NCBI GenBank assembly: GCA_964564685.1
Contig: CAZMBC010000001.1
Span: 227,206-291,205 of the forward strand
Length of the DNA: 64,000 nucleotides
Source: an uncultured Christensenella sp.
GTDB taxonomy: Bacteria; Bacillota; Clostridia; Christensenellales; UBA1242
Reading direction: 5' to 3'
Every line of letters starts with the position of its first letter. Within the stretch, counting starts at the first letter, position 1. The notes beneath the pieces are model-generated. The model was not told where the DNA came from, did no database searches, and worked only from the letters and a program-made list of their open reading frames with translations. The position numbers were made by a program, and so were the translations under genes. This document shows, one piece after another, positions 1 through 9,100 of this stretch.

Positions 1-465
1 TAGCCCTACTGGCACTTTTGTGGCGTTCATGCTTACAATATCCGCCGCCATCAGCACAGGATAATTGTAAAGCCCCATATTAACATTGTCGTCTGGGTCA
101 TTGCCTGCTTTAAGGTTTTCTTCCACAACGCTTTTATAGGCATGCGCCCTATTGAGCAAGCCTTTTGGCGTAACATTGTTAAGTATCCAATTAAGTTCAA
201 AAACCTCTGGCACATCACTTTGTTTGTATAGGGTAATATTTGGGTTATCCCCTCCACACGCCAACCACACGCAAGCCAACTCTTGTGTTAGTTTTTTAAG
301 CAGTTTAGGCTCTTTTATTGTGTTAAGTGCGTGATAATCTGCAATAAAAACCAATGTTTGATTGTCGCTATTAGCGCGGTCTAATGTGGGTTTTATTGCC
401 CCAAAATAGTTTCCGATATGTGGCACACCAGTTGGTTTTACACCTGTTAAAATAATATCCTGCAT
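1..465 (-). CDS. trpS: Tryptophan--tRNA ligase, N-terminal part (gene runs off the left edge)
   Basis: Absent from the ORF track because no stop lies inside the window. Manual translation from ATG 465-463 gives MQDIILTGVKPTGVPHIGNYFGAIKP...LYNYPVLMAADI. The PTGxxHIGNY block is the class-I HIGH region typical of TrpRS. AGGAG RBS (rc of 472-476). Frame is open to base 1. Confidence 0.85.
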   Translation of the reverse strand, partial: MQDIILTGVKPTGVPHIGNYFGAIKPTLDRANSDNQTLVFIADYHALNTIKEPKLLKKLTQELACVWLACGGDNPNITLYKQSDVPEVFELNWILNNVTPKGLLNRAHAYKSVVEENLKAGNDPDDNVNMGLYNYPVLMAADIVSMNATKVPVGL

Positions 466-559
466 GGTTTGCTCCTTTATTAGTTTCTGTTTATATTATG
501 TATAAATCCAAAAATATTAGCATGTAAACCTCTATGCCCGTTATGAGGTTACTTTGTTC

Positions 560-1504
560 TTATTTTAAATTTTTCATTTTTAATGCTGTTTTTTCGGCTT
601 TCTTTTGCGCTTTTTTTTCTTGTTTAAGGCGCTTTTTAGTTTCTTTTTTGCTTTCGATTGGAGGAATATCCAAAATTTCTTCTAGCTTTTCGGGGTGTTG
701 TAAATAGTCTTTCCACATTCTAAAGGATTTCATAAAATAAAATCCGTCACAATATCTTTCATCAGTAGTAATGCCAAGGTTCATAACCTTGCCCACCTCC
801 AACTCCTGATTTAGGTTAACACATGGTGCATATTTTTCTTTTCCTATAGAAACAAACATACCCGTAGTGCCAAAGTTATACAAATGATGGAACACATAAT
901 CACCCTTAATTGATTTAAGGTGAGTTACATAAAAACTTGTATGGAAAGGACTAACATCAATTAGTGATTTTGGAGCAAGCCCATATCTATCTATCAACTT
1001 TAAAAATCCCACGCCCAGTCCCATTAAAAAGTTTGGAATGCGGGTTATTTTTGTGGCTGTTTTTGTAGAACCGTTGTTTCTATCTGCTTCTAAAGATTCC
1101 TTTAGCGCTTTGTCTATTTTTTCCTTAACCTCATAAATGCTTTCTCTGCCAGTAAATCTAATTTTTGTGGTTAGCTCTGGCGAGTCATCATTAAGGGCAA
1201 CCTTTGTGGTTATTGCCATATACAAGCCGTTACGCTGATATGTTCTGCCATTAACAACAAAGCGGTTAAGTTTTTGCCTTAGCGCATAAGTTCTAACTGC
1301 GCCCGCCACAACAATATGCAAATAGTTAAAACTAGCGCCCTCATTTTCGTGCTTTTGCTTAATCCATTCATCCATATTTTCCACGCGAATAGGCTCTGTG
1401 TTAAAATTCATTGCGTCATTACGCGTGCGCATAATTTGTGGTATCATTTGGTCAATTGGGTCCATTCCCTTAACCAAAACACCATCACTTCTAAAGCCAA
1501 ACAT
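560..1504 (-). CDS. E2/CAT-like acyltransferase catalytic-domain protein (no lipoyl domain) with Lys-rich C-terminal tail
   Basis: 314-aa ORF. The block GITTDERYCDGFYFMKSF resembles the 2-oxoacid dehydrogenase E2 / chloramphenicol acetyltransferase active-site motif DHRxxDG, with His replaced by Glu. Starts 3 nt after the stop of the upstream SHOCT gene. Confidence 0.45.
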   Translation of the reverse strand: MFGFRSDGVLVKGMDPIDQMIPQIMRTRNDAMNFNTEPIRVENMDEWIKQKHENEGASFNYLHIVVAGAVRTYALRQKLNRFVVNGRTYQRNGLYMAITTKVALNDDSPELTTKIRFTGRESIYEVKEKIDKALKESLEADRNNGSTKTATKITRIPNFLMGLGVGFLKLIDRYGLAPKSLIDVSPFHTSFYVTHLKSIKGDYVFHHLYNFGTTGMFVSIGKEKYAPCVNLNQELEVGKVMNLGITTDERYCDGFYFMKSFRMWKDYLQHPEKLEEILDIPPIESKKETKKRLKQEKKAQKKAEKTALKMKNLK

Positions 1505-1507
1505 ATT

Positions 1508-2065
1508 TTAAACCTCTTTTGTATCGTTTTTAACTTTAGCCTCAAGCAGTTCGTTAAACTTTTGCTCATATTCCTGCTCGCTAATTTTCCCTTGTTTTTT
1601 TAGCTCTTTTAGGTTGTTTATTTTTACTACCAAAACTTCCATATCATCTACTTTATGTTCAGATGTTTTGCCGTTTAGTGTTCTTGTTATATTTCCTGCA
1701 ACAAACATTGCTATTATTGCGGAAAGAAAAGAAGCAGTAAAGAATAATTGAATAAACGCCAAATAGGTAAGCAATTTGTTTACACCTAGCGGAACACCGT
1801 TAACTTTGGAAATTTTAAAGTACACATAACCCACATAGCAATTAATAATTGCCGAAAACAACCCCTCGAAAACAACAAAATATTTGTAGGTTGTTCGCCA
1901 CAAAGTTATGCGTTCACCCAAAACATTAAAAATAATTTCGTTGTAAACCTGTTGAATATCAAACCAGTTAAACGCAAGGCACAAAGCGGCGAATATTGCC
2001 ACAAAGGCCATAAAAAAACTTATGCCCGCCGACACTTTTAAAGCAATTTTATTGTTCTTTGACAT
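1508..2065 (-). CDS. Multi-pass membrane protein with C-terminal SHOCT domain
   Basis: 185-aa ORF with several hydrophobic helices. C-terminus LKELKKQGKISEQEYEQKFNELL matches the SHOCT short C-terminal oligomerisation motif. Lies 2 nt after the upstream paralogue. Confidence 0.6.
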   Translation of the reverse strand: MSKNNKIALKVSAGISFFMAFVAIFAALCLAFNWFDIQQVYNEIIFNVLGERITLWRTTYKYFVVFEGLFSAIINCYVGYVYFKISKVNGVPLGVNKLLTYLAFIQLFFTASFLSAIIAMFVAGNITRTLNGKTSEHKVDDMEVLVVKINNLKELKKQGKISEQEYEQKFNELLEAKVKNDTKEV

Positions 2066-2067
2066 CT

Positions 2068-2610
2068 TTATTTCACCAGCAACTTTGTAAGCAAATCAAT
2101 ATATTCTTGCTTGCTTATTGAGCCCTCTTTTTTAAGATTTTGAATTTCGGTTACACGCGCCTTAAGTTCGGCTGAAGTAAGTTGCTCGGAAAACTCACTT
2201 TCGGGTTGTTGCTTATCCACAAGAAGTGCTACAAAAACAAGCACGCTTGAAACTAGTGTGTTTAGTGCAATAACCGATAGCACCATCATTACAATAATTA
2301 GCGCTCGATTTTTTAGACTAGCGTTTCCACTTTTACTTTCCTGCAAATAAATTATTCCACTTGCAAAGTTAAGCATAATTGCAACAGTTAAGAAAAGGAA
2401 AATTCCTATTACAATTAGCGTAATTAACTTTTCGCCAAGTTCTGGATTTATTGCATAGGTTTGTGTTAAATATATTTTGCGTTTAATTGTTAAATCAATA
2501 ATATCAAAGCAAAGTGAAGTAATTAGCATAACCACACAATAAACAAAACTTTTTATAATTTGTGTTATGCCCGCAATTAAAAGTAATGTATTTCTATTGT
2601 TTCTTTTCAT
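2068..2610 (-). CDS. Multi-pass membrane protein with C-terminal SHOCT domain (paralogue of 1508-2065)
   Basis: 180-aa ORF with hydrophobic helices. C-terminus IQNLKKEGSISKQEYIDLLTKLL is SHOCT-like. Confidence 0.6.
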   Translation of the reverse strand: MKRNNRNTLLLIAGITQIIKSFVYCVVMLITSLCFDIIDLTIKRKIYLTQTYAINPELGEKLITLIVIGIFLFLTVAIMLNFASGIIYLQESKSGNASLKNRALIIVMMVLSVIALNTLVSSVLVFVALLVDKQQPESEFSEQLTSAELKARVTEIQNLKKEGSISKQEYIDLLTKLLVK

Positions 2611-2657
2611 AGTTTTTACACCTTTTTTTAAGTTAATTTTATTATAACAAACAATAA

Positions 2658-2990
2658 TTAATTTTCAAAGTCATTATTGTTATAATTATGACTAGAAACC
2701 TGCAAAATGCGGTCAAAATTATCATCCTGTGCACTTTTATTACGGGTTATTTTTCCGCACCTGGTGCATTTATAAATAATTACATAACCTTTTTTGCTGT
2801 TATTTTCAATTCCTATAGGCCTTTGTAACCCATTGCATGTATTTGCCCGGTCTCCCGGATTTATATCCACATGCAACGAGTAAAGGCAAAACGGACAATG
2901 ATTTCTTGATGTGTAGCCAAGTGGCGAAACTTGTTTTCCGCAGTTTTGACACACAAATCCCCTATCGTTTTTAATAAATGTTTTTGGCAT
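2658..2990 (-). CDS. RNHCP-domain zinc-ribbon protein
   Basis: 110-aa ORF containing the literal RNHCP motif (YTSRNHCPFCLYSLHVD) plus CxxC pairs (CQNCGK, CTRCGK). ATG lies 2 nt after the RadC stop, with an AAGGA RBS inside the radC 3' end. Confidence 0.7.
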   Translation of the reverse strand: MPKTFIKNDRGFVCQNCGKQVSPLGYTSRNHCPFCLYSLHVDINPGDRANTCNGLQRPIGIENNSKKGYVIIYKCTRCGKITRNKSAQDDNFDRILQVSSHNYNNNDFEN

Positions 2991-2992
2991 TT

Positions 2993-3817
2993 TTATTCCT
3001 TATCTTTTTTTAAAGTATCTACATATTTTGCTGCATTTTGTGCTAGGTCCGACTTTGCTAACATTTCACCATATTTTTCCCGATAATCTGCAATTTTGCC
3101 ATTAGAAAAATATGAATAATATCCGTCCTCGCCTATTATTATATGGTCTAACAAATGTATTCCGTTTGTGCCTAGCGACACGTACAAGTTATGTGTAAAT
3201 TGGTCGTCCGAAGCAGACGGGCAACTTGTACCTGCTGGATGATTATGTGCGATAATAATATTGCTGATATTGTTGCTAATAAGAATGCTAGTGATTTTTC
3301 GAATTGTTACGTTTAAAAAGTTAGATGTTCCACGCTCCACAACATTGCTATAAACAATGCGGTTTTTAGAGTCCAATCCTAACAAGTGCAATTCCTCTAC
3401 AATTTTGCCTGATAGTATAGTAGAAAAATACTGAACAGTTTCATCCGATTTCCAAAGAGTGTTAACAGTGCGCACTTTGTTGCGTTGATAAAAGTAAAAC
3501 ATATCCCTAAAATTATGTAAAAAATGTGCAACAACATCACCCACACCATTGACCGTTTTTAAAAGCATTGTATCTGCTTCTAACACTTTTGAAAACGAAC
3601 CAAATCTTTCAATTAACGCATGCGACAGGCCATTGACATCTTTTTGAGGCAAAACAAAAGTTAGCATATATTCCAAAACTTGGTGGTCATGCATGTTTAG
3701 TAGGCCGTTTTTATCCACATTTTCACGCAAACGCTGGCGGTGACCTGCGTGGATGTTTTTATTTTCTTGATTTTGTTTCATAACAAATATTGTACAATAA
3801 AACAAATTATTTTGCAA
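2993..3817 (-). CDS. radC: RadC-like JAB-domain protein (UPF0758)
   Basis: Has an N-terminal helix-hairpin-helix-like region (LKTVNGVGDVVAHF) and the JAB/MPN motif IIAHNHPAGTSCPSASD. The real start may be the internal ATG at 3781 (MKQNQEN...). Confidence 0.85.
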   Translation of the reverse strand: MQNNLFYCTIFVMKQNQENKNIHAGHRQRLRENVDKNGLLNMHDHQVLEYMLTFVLPQKDVNGLSHALIERFGSFSKVLEADTMLLKTVNGVGDVVAHFLHNFRDMFYFYQRNKVRTVNTLWKSDETVQYFSTILSGKIVEELHLLGLDSKNRIVYSNVVERGTSNFLNVTIRKITSILISNNISNIIIAHNHPAGTSCPSASDDQFTHNLYVSLGTNGIHLLDHIIIGEDGYYSYFSNGKIADYREKYGEMLAKSDLAQNAAKYVDTLKKDKE

Positions 3818-3841
3818 GAAAGTAAAACATTTATTAAGTGT

Positions 3842-3870
3842 TTGACAAATATAATTTATAAATATATAAT
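3842..3870 (+). promoter_or_regulatory. Consensus sigma-70-type promoter for degV
   Basis: TTGACA (3842-3847), 17-nt spacer, TATAAT (3865-3870), about 30 nt upstream of the degV start with an AGGAG RBS. Confidence 0.6.
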
Positions 3871-3899
3871 CATATCGATATAAATTTTAGGAGAAAAAT

Positions 3900-4745
3900 A
3901 TGGCTGTTAAAATTACTTGTGATAGTTCAACCGACTTAACCCAACAAATGTATAAAGACCTTGGCGTTAGCGTATTGCCTTTTCAAATTACTTTGGGCGA
4001 CAAAACTTATACCGACGGCGTGGATATTAGTAGCGAAAAAATTTTTAATTTTGTTGACGAAAACAAAATTCTGCCAAAAACATCCGCAATTAACGAATTT
4101 ACTTTTGAAAACTTTTTTAAGGAACATGCTAATGAAGATGGATTGGTTTTTATAAGCATTTCAAGCAAGATTTCTTGTTCGTATTCTAATGGCGTTAATG
4201 CAAGCAAAAACTTTAACAATGTTTATATGGTGGATAGTTTAAGCCTTTCTTCAGGTGGTGGCTTGCTTGTTCTATATGCGTGCGAGCTACGTGATAAAGG
4301 CTTTAGTGCAAAAGAAATTGCGGAAAAATTATCCGAACGTGCAAAGAGTATTCAGGCAAGTTTTGTAATAGATAAGCTTGATTTTTTGTATAAAGGCGGA
4401 AGGTGTTCATCACTGGCACTTCTTGGTGCTAACATCCTTAAAATTCACCCTTCTATTGTGCTTAAAAATGGCACAATGGGAATGCACAAAAAATATCGCG
4501 GAAAAATTATGGAGTGCGCTAAAAATTATGCGGATGACACCTTGTCTGAATTTAACACCCCTTGTTGCGACTATTGCTTTATAACCTATTCTTCCGAGAA
4601 TACTGAACTTATAGAACAGGTTAAAAAAGTGGTGGAAACAAAGGGCAACTTTAAAAAGATATATTATACAACAGCAGGCTCAACTGTTGTGTCGCATTGT
4701 GGCAGAAACACAATTGGTGTTTTATATTTTAACGACGGAAACTAA
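3900..4745 (+). CDS. DegV family fatty-acid-binding protein
   Basis: 281-aa ORF. The N-terminus MAVKITCDSSTDL and overall length and pattern are typical of DegV/DUF194 proteins. Confidence 0.85.
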   Translation: MAVKITCDSSTDLTQQMYKDLGVSVLPFQITLGDKTYTDGVDISSEKIFNFVDENKILPKTSAINEFTFENFFKEHANEDGLVFISISSKISCSYSNGVNASKNFNNVYMVDSLSLSSGGGLLVLYACELRDKGFSAKEIAEKLSERAKSIQASFVIDKLDFLYKGGRCSSLALLGANILKIHPSIVLKNGTMGMHKKYRGKIMECAKNYADDTLSEFNTPCCDYCFITYSSENTELIEQVKKVVETKGNFKKIYYTTAGSTVVSHCGRNTIGVLYFNDGN

Positions 4746-4760
4746 AAAAAATTTTTCACA

Positions 4761-4792
4761 AAAAAAACCTACTAATTTTAGTAGGCTTTTTT
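4761..4792. terminator. Bidirectional rho-independent terminator between degV and ORF 4810-5280
   Basis: Stem CCTACTA (4768-4774) pairs with TAGTAGG (4779-4785). An A-run lies upstream and a T-run downstream. Confidence 0.6.
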
Positions 4793-4809
4793 ATTTGTTA
4801 TAATTATAT

Positions 4810-5280
4810 TTATTTTCCTAGCTCGTTTTCATTTTTTTCAATCTGATATTGTTTAATTGCTTTTTGCAAACCCAATAATTGTGTTTTACCTTGCTCTAAG
4901 CCCCTTTCCCTTATGTTGCAAAAGTGAAACTTAGATTTATTATTAAAAATTACATTAACCTCTGTAAACTTTGAATTTTTTTCGCTTTTCTTAAAGCTAA
5001 AACGCTCAAAATAATCCTTATTAACACAATATTGAATCACGCCAAATAAGTTTATTGGTGCAAAATTATCCATATACATGCTCCCTACTGCATTTTTAAA
5101 TTCAGCAATAGGCTCTATTGGGCAAGTCAAAACGCCTTGCGGTTTAGTAATAGGGATTGTCGTTCCATCACGCAAAATAGCAGCCAGCAGTCTTTTATTA
5201 CCATTTTTGCTATCGCGTCCATAGCCTACAAATAACACATCTTGCGGATTTTTTATTTTCTCTAAATTTATAAAATACAT
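4810..5280 (-). CDS. Hypothetical protein (156 aa)
   Basis: Clean ORF bounded by intergenic AT-rich DNA. No motif recognised. Confidence 0.5.
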   Translation of the reverse strand: MYFINLEKIKNPQDVLFVGYGRDSKNGNKRLLAAILRDGTTIPITKPQGVLTCPIEPIAEFKNAVGSMYMDNFAPINLFGVIQYCVNKDYFERFSFKKSEKNSKFTEVNVIFNNKSKFHFCNIRERGLEQGKTQLLGLQKAIKQYQIEKNENELGK

Positions 5281-5501
5281 AGCAAATTTTCCTAATTTTT
5301 TTTCATTCTAACATATGTCAAAAACAATTTCAATATTTTATTAAGAATTGCAATAAAAAGTTTTTTGTATATTAAAATTTAGTAAAATATATTAGTTTTT
5401 TGCACATATAAATTAGAAAAATTTAAATTTTTTACGGTTTTATAATTATTTATTTAGTTTTTATAAATTTTGTTAACTATTATATTTGTATTAGTTAATC
5501 A

Positions 5502-6047
5502 CTAGTCGCCATAACTAACATTTTGAACTTCAAAATAAGCTTGTGGATGTGCGCAAACAGGGCAAACCATTGGTGCTTTTTTACCAACATGAATGTGCCC
5601 ACAGTTTCTGCAAACCCAAACCTTTTCGCCACGCTTTGCAAAAACACTTTCACTTTTGATATTTGCAGCAAGTTTACGATATCTTTCCTCGTGATGTTTT
5701 TCTATTTTTGCCACGCCTTCAAATTTGGCAGCAATAGCCGAATAGCCTTCTTCGCGCGCTTCTTCTGCCATTCTTTTATACATATCTGTCCATTCGCCAT
5801 TTTCGCCGGCAGCAGCCTCTAGCAAGTTTGTTAATGTATCTGGCACTTTGCCGTCATGCAATTCTTTAAACCACATTTTTGCGTGCTCTTTTTCGTTATT
5901 TGCAGTTTCTTCAAATATAGCAGAAATCTGTTCATATCCGTCTTTTTTTGCTTGGCTAGCATAATAAGAGTACTTATTGCGTGCCATACTTTCTCCGGCA
6001 AATGCTTCTTGTAAATTTTTATATGTTTTACTATCTTTAAATTCCAT
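5502..6047 (-). CDS. rbr: Rubrerythrin
   Basis: N-terminal ferritin-like di-iron domain ([32 protein letters not shown]) plus C-terminal rubredoxin-like CRNCGH...CPVCAHP. Confidence 0.9.
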   Translation of the reverse strand: MEFKDSKTYKNLQEAFAGESMARNKYSYYASQAKKDGYEQISAIFEETANNEKEHAKMWFKELHDGKVPDTLTNLLEAAAGENGEWTDMYKRMAEEAREEGYSAIAAKFEGVAKIEKHHEERYRKLAANIKSESVFAKRGEKVWVCRNCGHIHVGKKAPMVCPVCAHPQAYFEVQNVSYGD

Positions 6048-6129
6048 TTATGTTCTCCTTTTATAATGATTATATTATACAAAAATTTAATTTTTAACGC
6101 AATTATTTTATATATGATTGTATTAACTA

Positions 6130-6157
6130 AAAAAGACAACATCACGTTGTCTTTTTT
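6130..6157. terminator. Rho-independent terminator ending the giant-gene operon (bidirectional geometry)
   Basis: AGACAAC (6134-6140) pairs with GTTGTCT (6146-6152), flanked by an A-run and a T-run. It sits immediately after the TAG stop at 6159-6161. Confidence 0.65.
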
Positions 6158-6158
6158 A

Positions 6159-9100
6159 CTATTTTTTTATTGCTGTTTGATTCCACAAAGCATATATAGT
6201 TGCATCTTGTGCGCCAACTGTATACTCTGTTGCTTCACTTCCGTCAGTAGTAAGCGACCAACCCAGATGAGCATAATAATAATTTCTTTTAAATATTAGG
6301 CCTTCAGTATATTCCCAAGTTGCCGAGAATTGTGTTAGGTCAACCACTTCACCCTCGTAATAAGTTAAACTTGTGCCAACTTCTGATCCATTTTGATAGA
6401 ACTTAATTGTGCCTGAATTTCCGCTAAAGGTTTGTAAACTAAAGGTTAGTGTTACTTTGCGTACATATAGGTTTAGGTTGCCATCTGGCATAGTAAAGTC
6501 GCCAGTATATGCAAGCGTGCAGTTAACATCTGTATAGTATTTAAGCGCCTGAGTGCTAAAGTTTTGTATGTTAATGTTAGCACCCTCACCTACTATTTCT
6601 GTATAAAGTAAAGTATTGTTGTTATCATACAAGTTAAATGTATAAGGCAATTTTTCAACAACATTCCAATTAGCATACAAGGTTGTTCCTTGTGGCTGAA
6701 TGTTAGTGCTTTCCAACAACTCTCCACCAGGTGTTAACGACCAGCCTAAGAAGTTGTAGTAAGTTATAACTTTGGTTGTTTCGTTTGTGGTTTGATAACT
6801 AACAAGACTTGGCAGTTGTTTTGTGCCGTTGTATTGAATAGTTGCTGCTGTATAATCATTAACAAGCGTATAGCTACTCCATTTTGCATAAGCGGTTTCT
6901 TTTTCAAAACGTGGATAGTTTATGGTTGTAAATTCATTAGTCTGCTCCGCGTCTGTATACCAACCACTTACAAAATTGTATGTAAACTGGTTGCCATTTG
7001 CTGTTGTGTTTGTTATCACATCAACACCAGGGTAGGAAATTGGCGTTCCAACCTCGCCCGTGGTTGAAATTGTGTTGCCATTTACCACAAAGTCCACACC
7101 AGCACTAGCGGTGTTTGTTGTTGTGTATGTTCCTCCACCCACACTAACTTTTTCCTGGTACATAGTAGTAGTTGCAAACTTTTTAATAAATGCTTCAATA
7201 GGCGTAATATCTACTTCCTTGCCAATATCCAATACAAGTGGGTTGTCGGTTAAGCTATTTTGGATGTTAATCATGCCCATGATGTCGATATTAACTGCCA
7301 TTTTGTGCAAATAATCCATAGTTTTTGTTTGTTCGCCATCAAGAACATCAATAGCAGTGGTTGTAAGTGATACAGCCATTGTTCCAATATCAGTACTAAA
7401 CGCCAATTCACTTAGGTTAATAGCCATATCAAACTGATTTCCTGTTTGAACAAAAGAGTTAATAACATTACATATATTAATTCCGCATGGACGATTTCTG
7501 CCATTTTCTATTGACTGGTTAATTGGGTCTTCTATCATGCTTCCAAAGCCCATCATATATTGCAAGTAGTATTCAATATTACTAAATATTGCGCTTGCAG
7601 GAATTTTAGTTACGCGGTCATATTTTGGCACGCTGCTACTAAATTCCTCATCGCTTGTGTGGATAATTGCAATATCATCCCTTAAATAAATGTTTATATT
7701 GCGCTTTCTACTTCCAAATCCATTGCCACCATTGCTATTTATGCCTGTAAGTTGAATTAACGAACCAGTAATTATTGGCATATTTTGAATAGAAATCATT
7801 GCGGTTGGCTTGCCATCTACAATCTTAACCTGAACACCAACATCAATTGTTGCGGCATCTATATTTAATCCTACTATATTAAATGTTAATGCAACCTTGC
7901 CTGAAATATAGTAATCGTTCATGGCTGATGTGTTAATAAGCGCCTTAAGCAAGTTGCTTGCATCACTTAAATCAATATGCTCGTCTGAAGTGTTGTAAAG
8001 TTTAGTAAAGTCTTTTTCTAACGTTGGTTCTTCCGCTGTGTTAGCTACGTTATGTGTAATTGCAACATCCAAAGTGCGAGAATTGCCCACAGCGATATTG
8101 TTTGCTGAAATGTAATCAAGCACCCCATCTACAAAGTTTATTGTAAGAACAAGCGTCTGACCGTTTACATTAAGTGAAATTGTAAACGTACTTTGATTAT
8201 TCAATACAGTTAAGTTAATATTTTTAACCATAGCTACAATATCACTAATATTACTTAACAAACTATCAACTGAACTAACAAGCTCGCCAGAGTTATTTGG
8301 TTTTATTCCCAACAAGTTGTGGAAGTTTGAAACATCTAAGTCGCATTCTGGAATATTTAATTTTTGAGCAAACGAGCCAAGATCGATATTTAAAACATGC
8401 AAAACTATAGACGCTATTTCGCTAATAGAGTTTTTCCTAATTTTAATATTTAGGGATTGGTCGTTTGTTTTTACTTGTTCTGTAATAACAGTAGATGAAG
8501 AAGATGCATCAAACACCTTTTTGTTATGCGTGTAACTTGCATACAAGTATGAGTTATCATAATAAGCCTTAATAGAGTGCGTTACACTAGGCTCTTCATT
8601 TGGATTAGTGTAGTTGTACTCGGTTAACTCGCCACCTGCATAAAGTTCGCCATCAGTTACGGCAAGTTTATCGTCCAGCGTTAGTGCTGTGTAAATTCTG
8701 CCGTTGTTAAGCGCCACAACCGGTCTAACAGTCTCGCCCACTTGTTCGTTTACAATCAGGTCGGCACTAAAGTCAAGATTTCCTGACTTATAGAAGTTAA
8801 GCGCATATTCTACAACATCAAGTACTTTATCATAACTGTTATAAACCACTACGCTTTCGCCATTTATTTCAGTTATGTTTCCGTTTACATCAAATCCCCA
8901 AACCGTGCTATCCACACCTGCGCCAAACGCAAGTTCGTTAATACGCATGATTAGGTTTTTCTTTTTGCTTGCCTCGCTTTCAAAGTCATATGCATCAGAT
9001 GCATAACCTTGGTCGTAAATAACCGTGTTGTCGTCTGTTACATTAGTTGTTATGTCAATTGCACCCAAGGTATCTTGCATAAATTCTAGATTTAACATTA

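Noticed and set aside
466-559. Expected T-box leader upstream of trpS
   Set aside because: Only 94 nt separate trpS from the upstream gene, which is too short for a T-box riboswitch. No specifier or T-box sequence was seen.
5831-6299. ORFs 5831-6145 (-) and 6066-6299 (+) around the rubrerythrin start and giant-gene end
   Set aside because: They overlap rubrerythrin, the terminator hairpin and the giant-gene 3' end, so they are spurious AT-rich frames.
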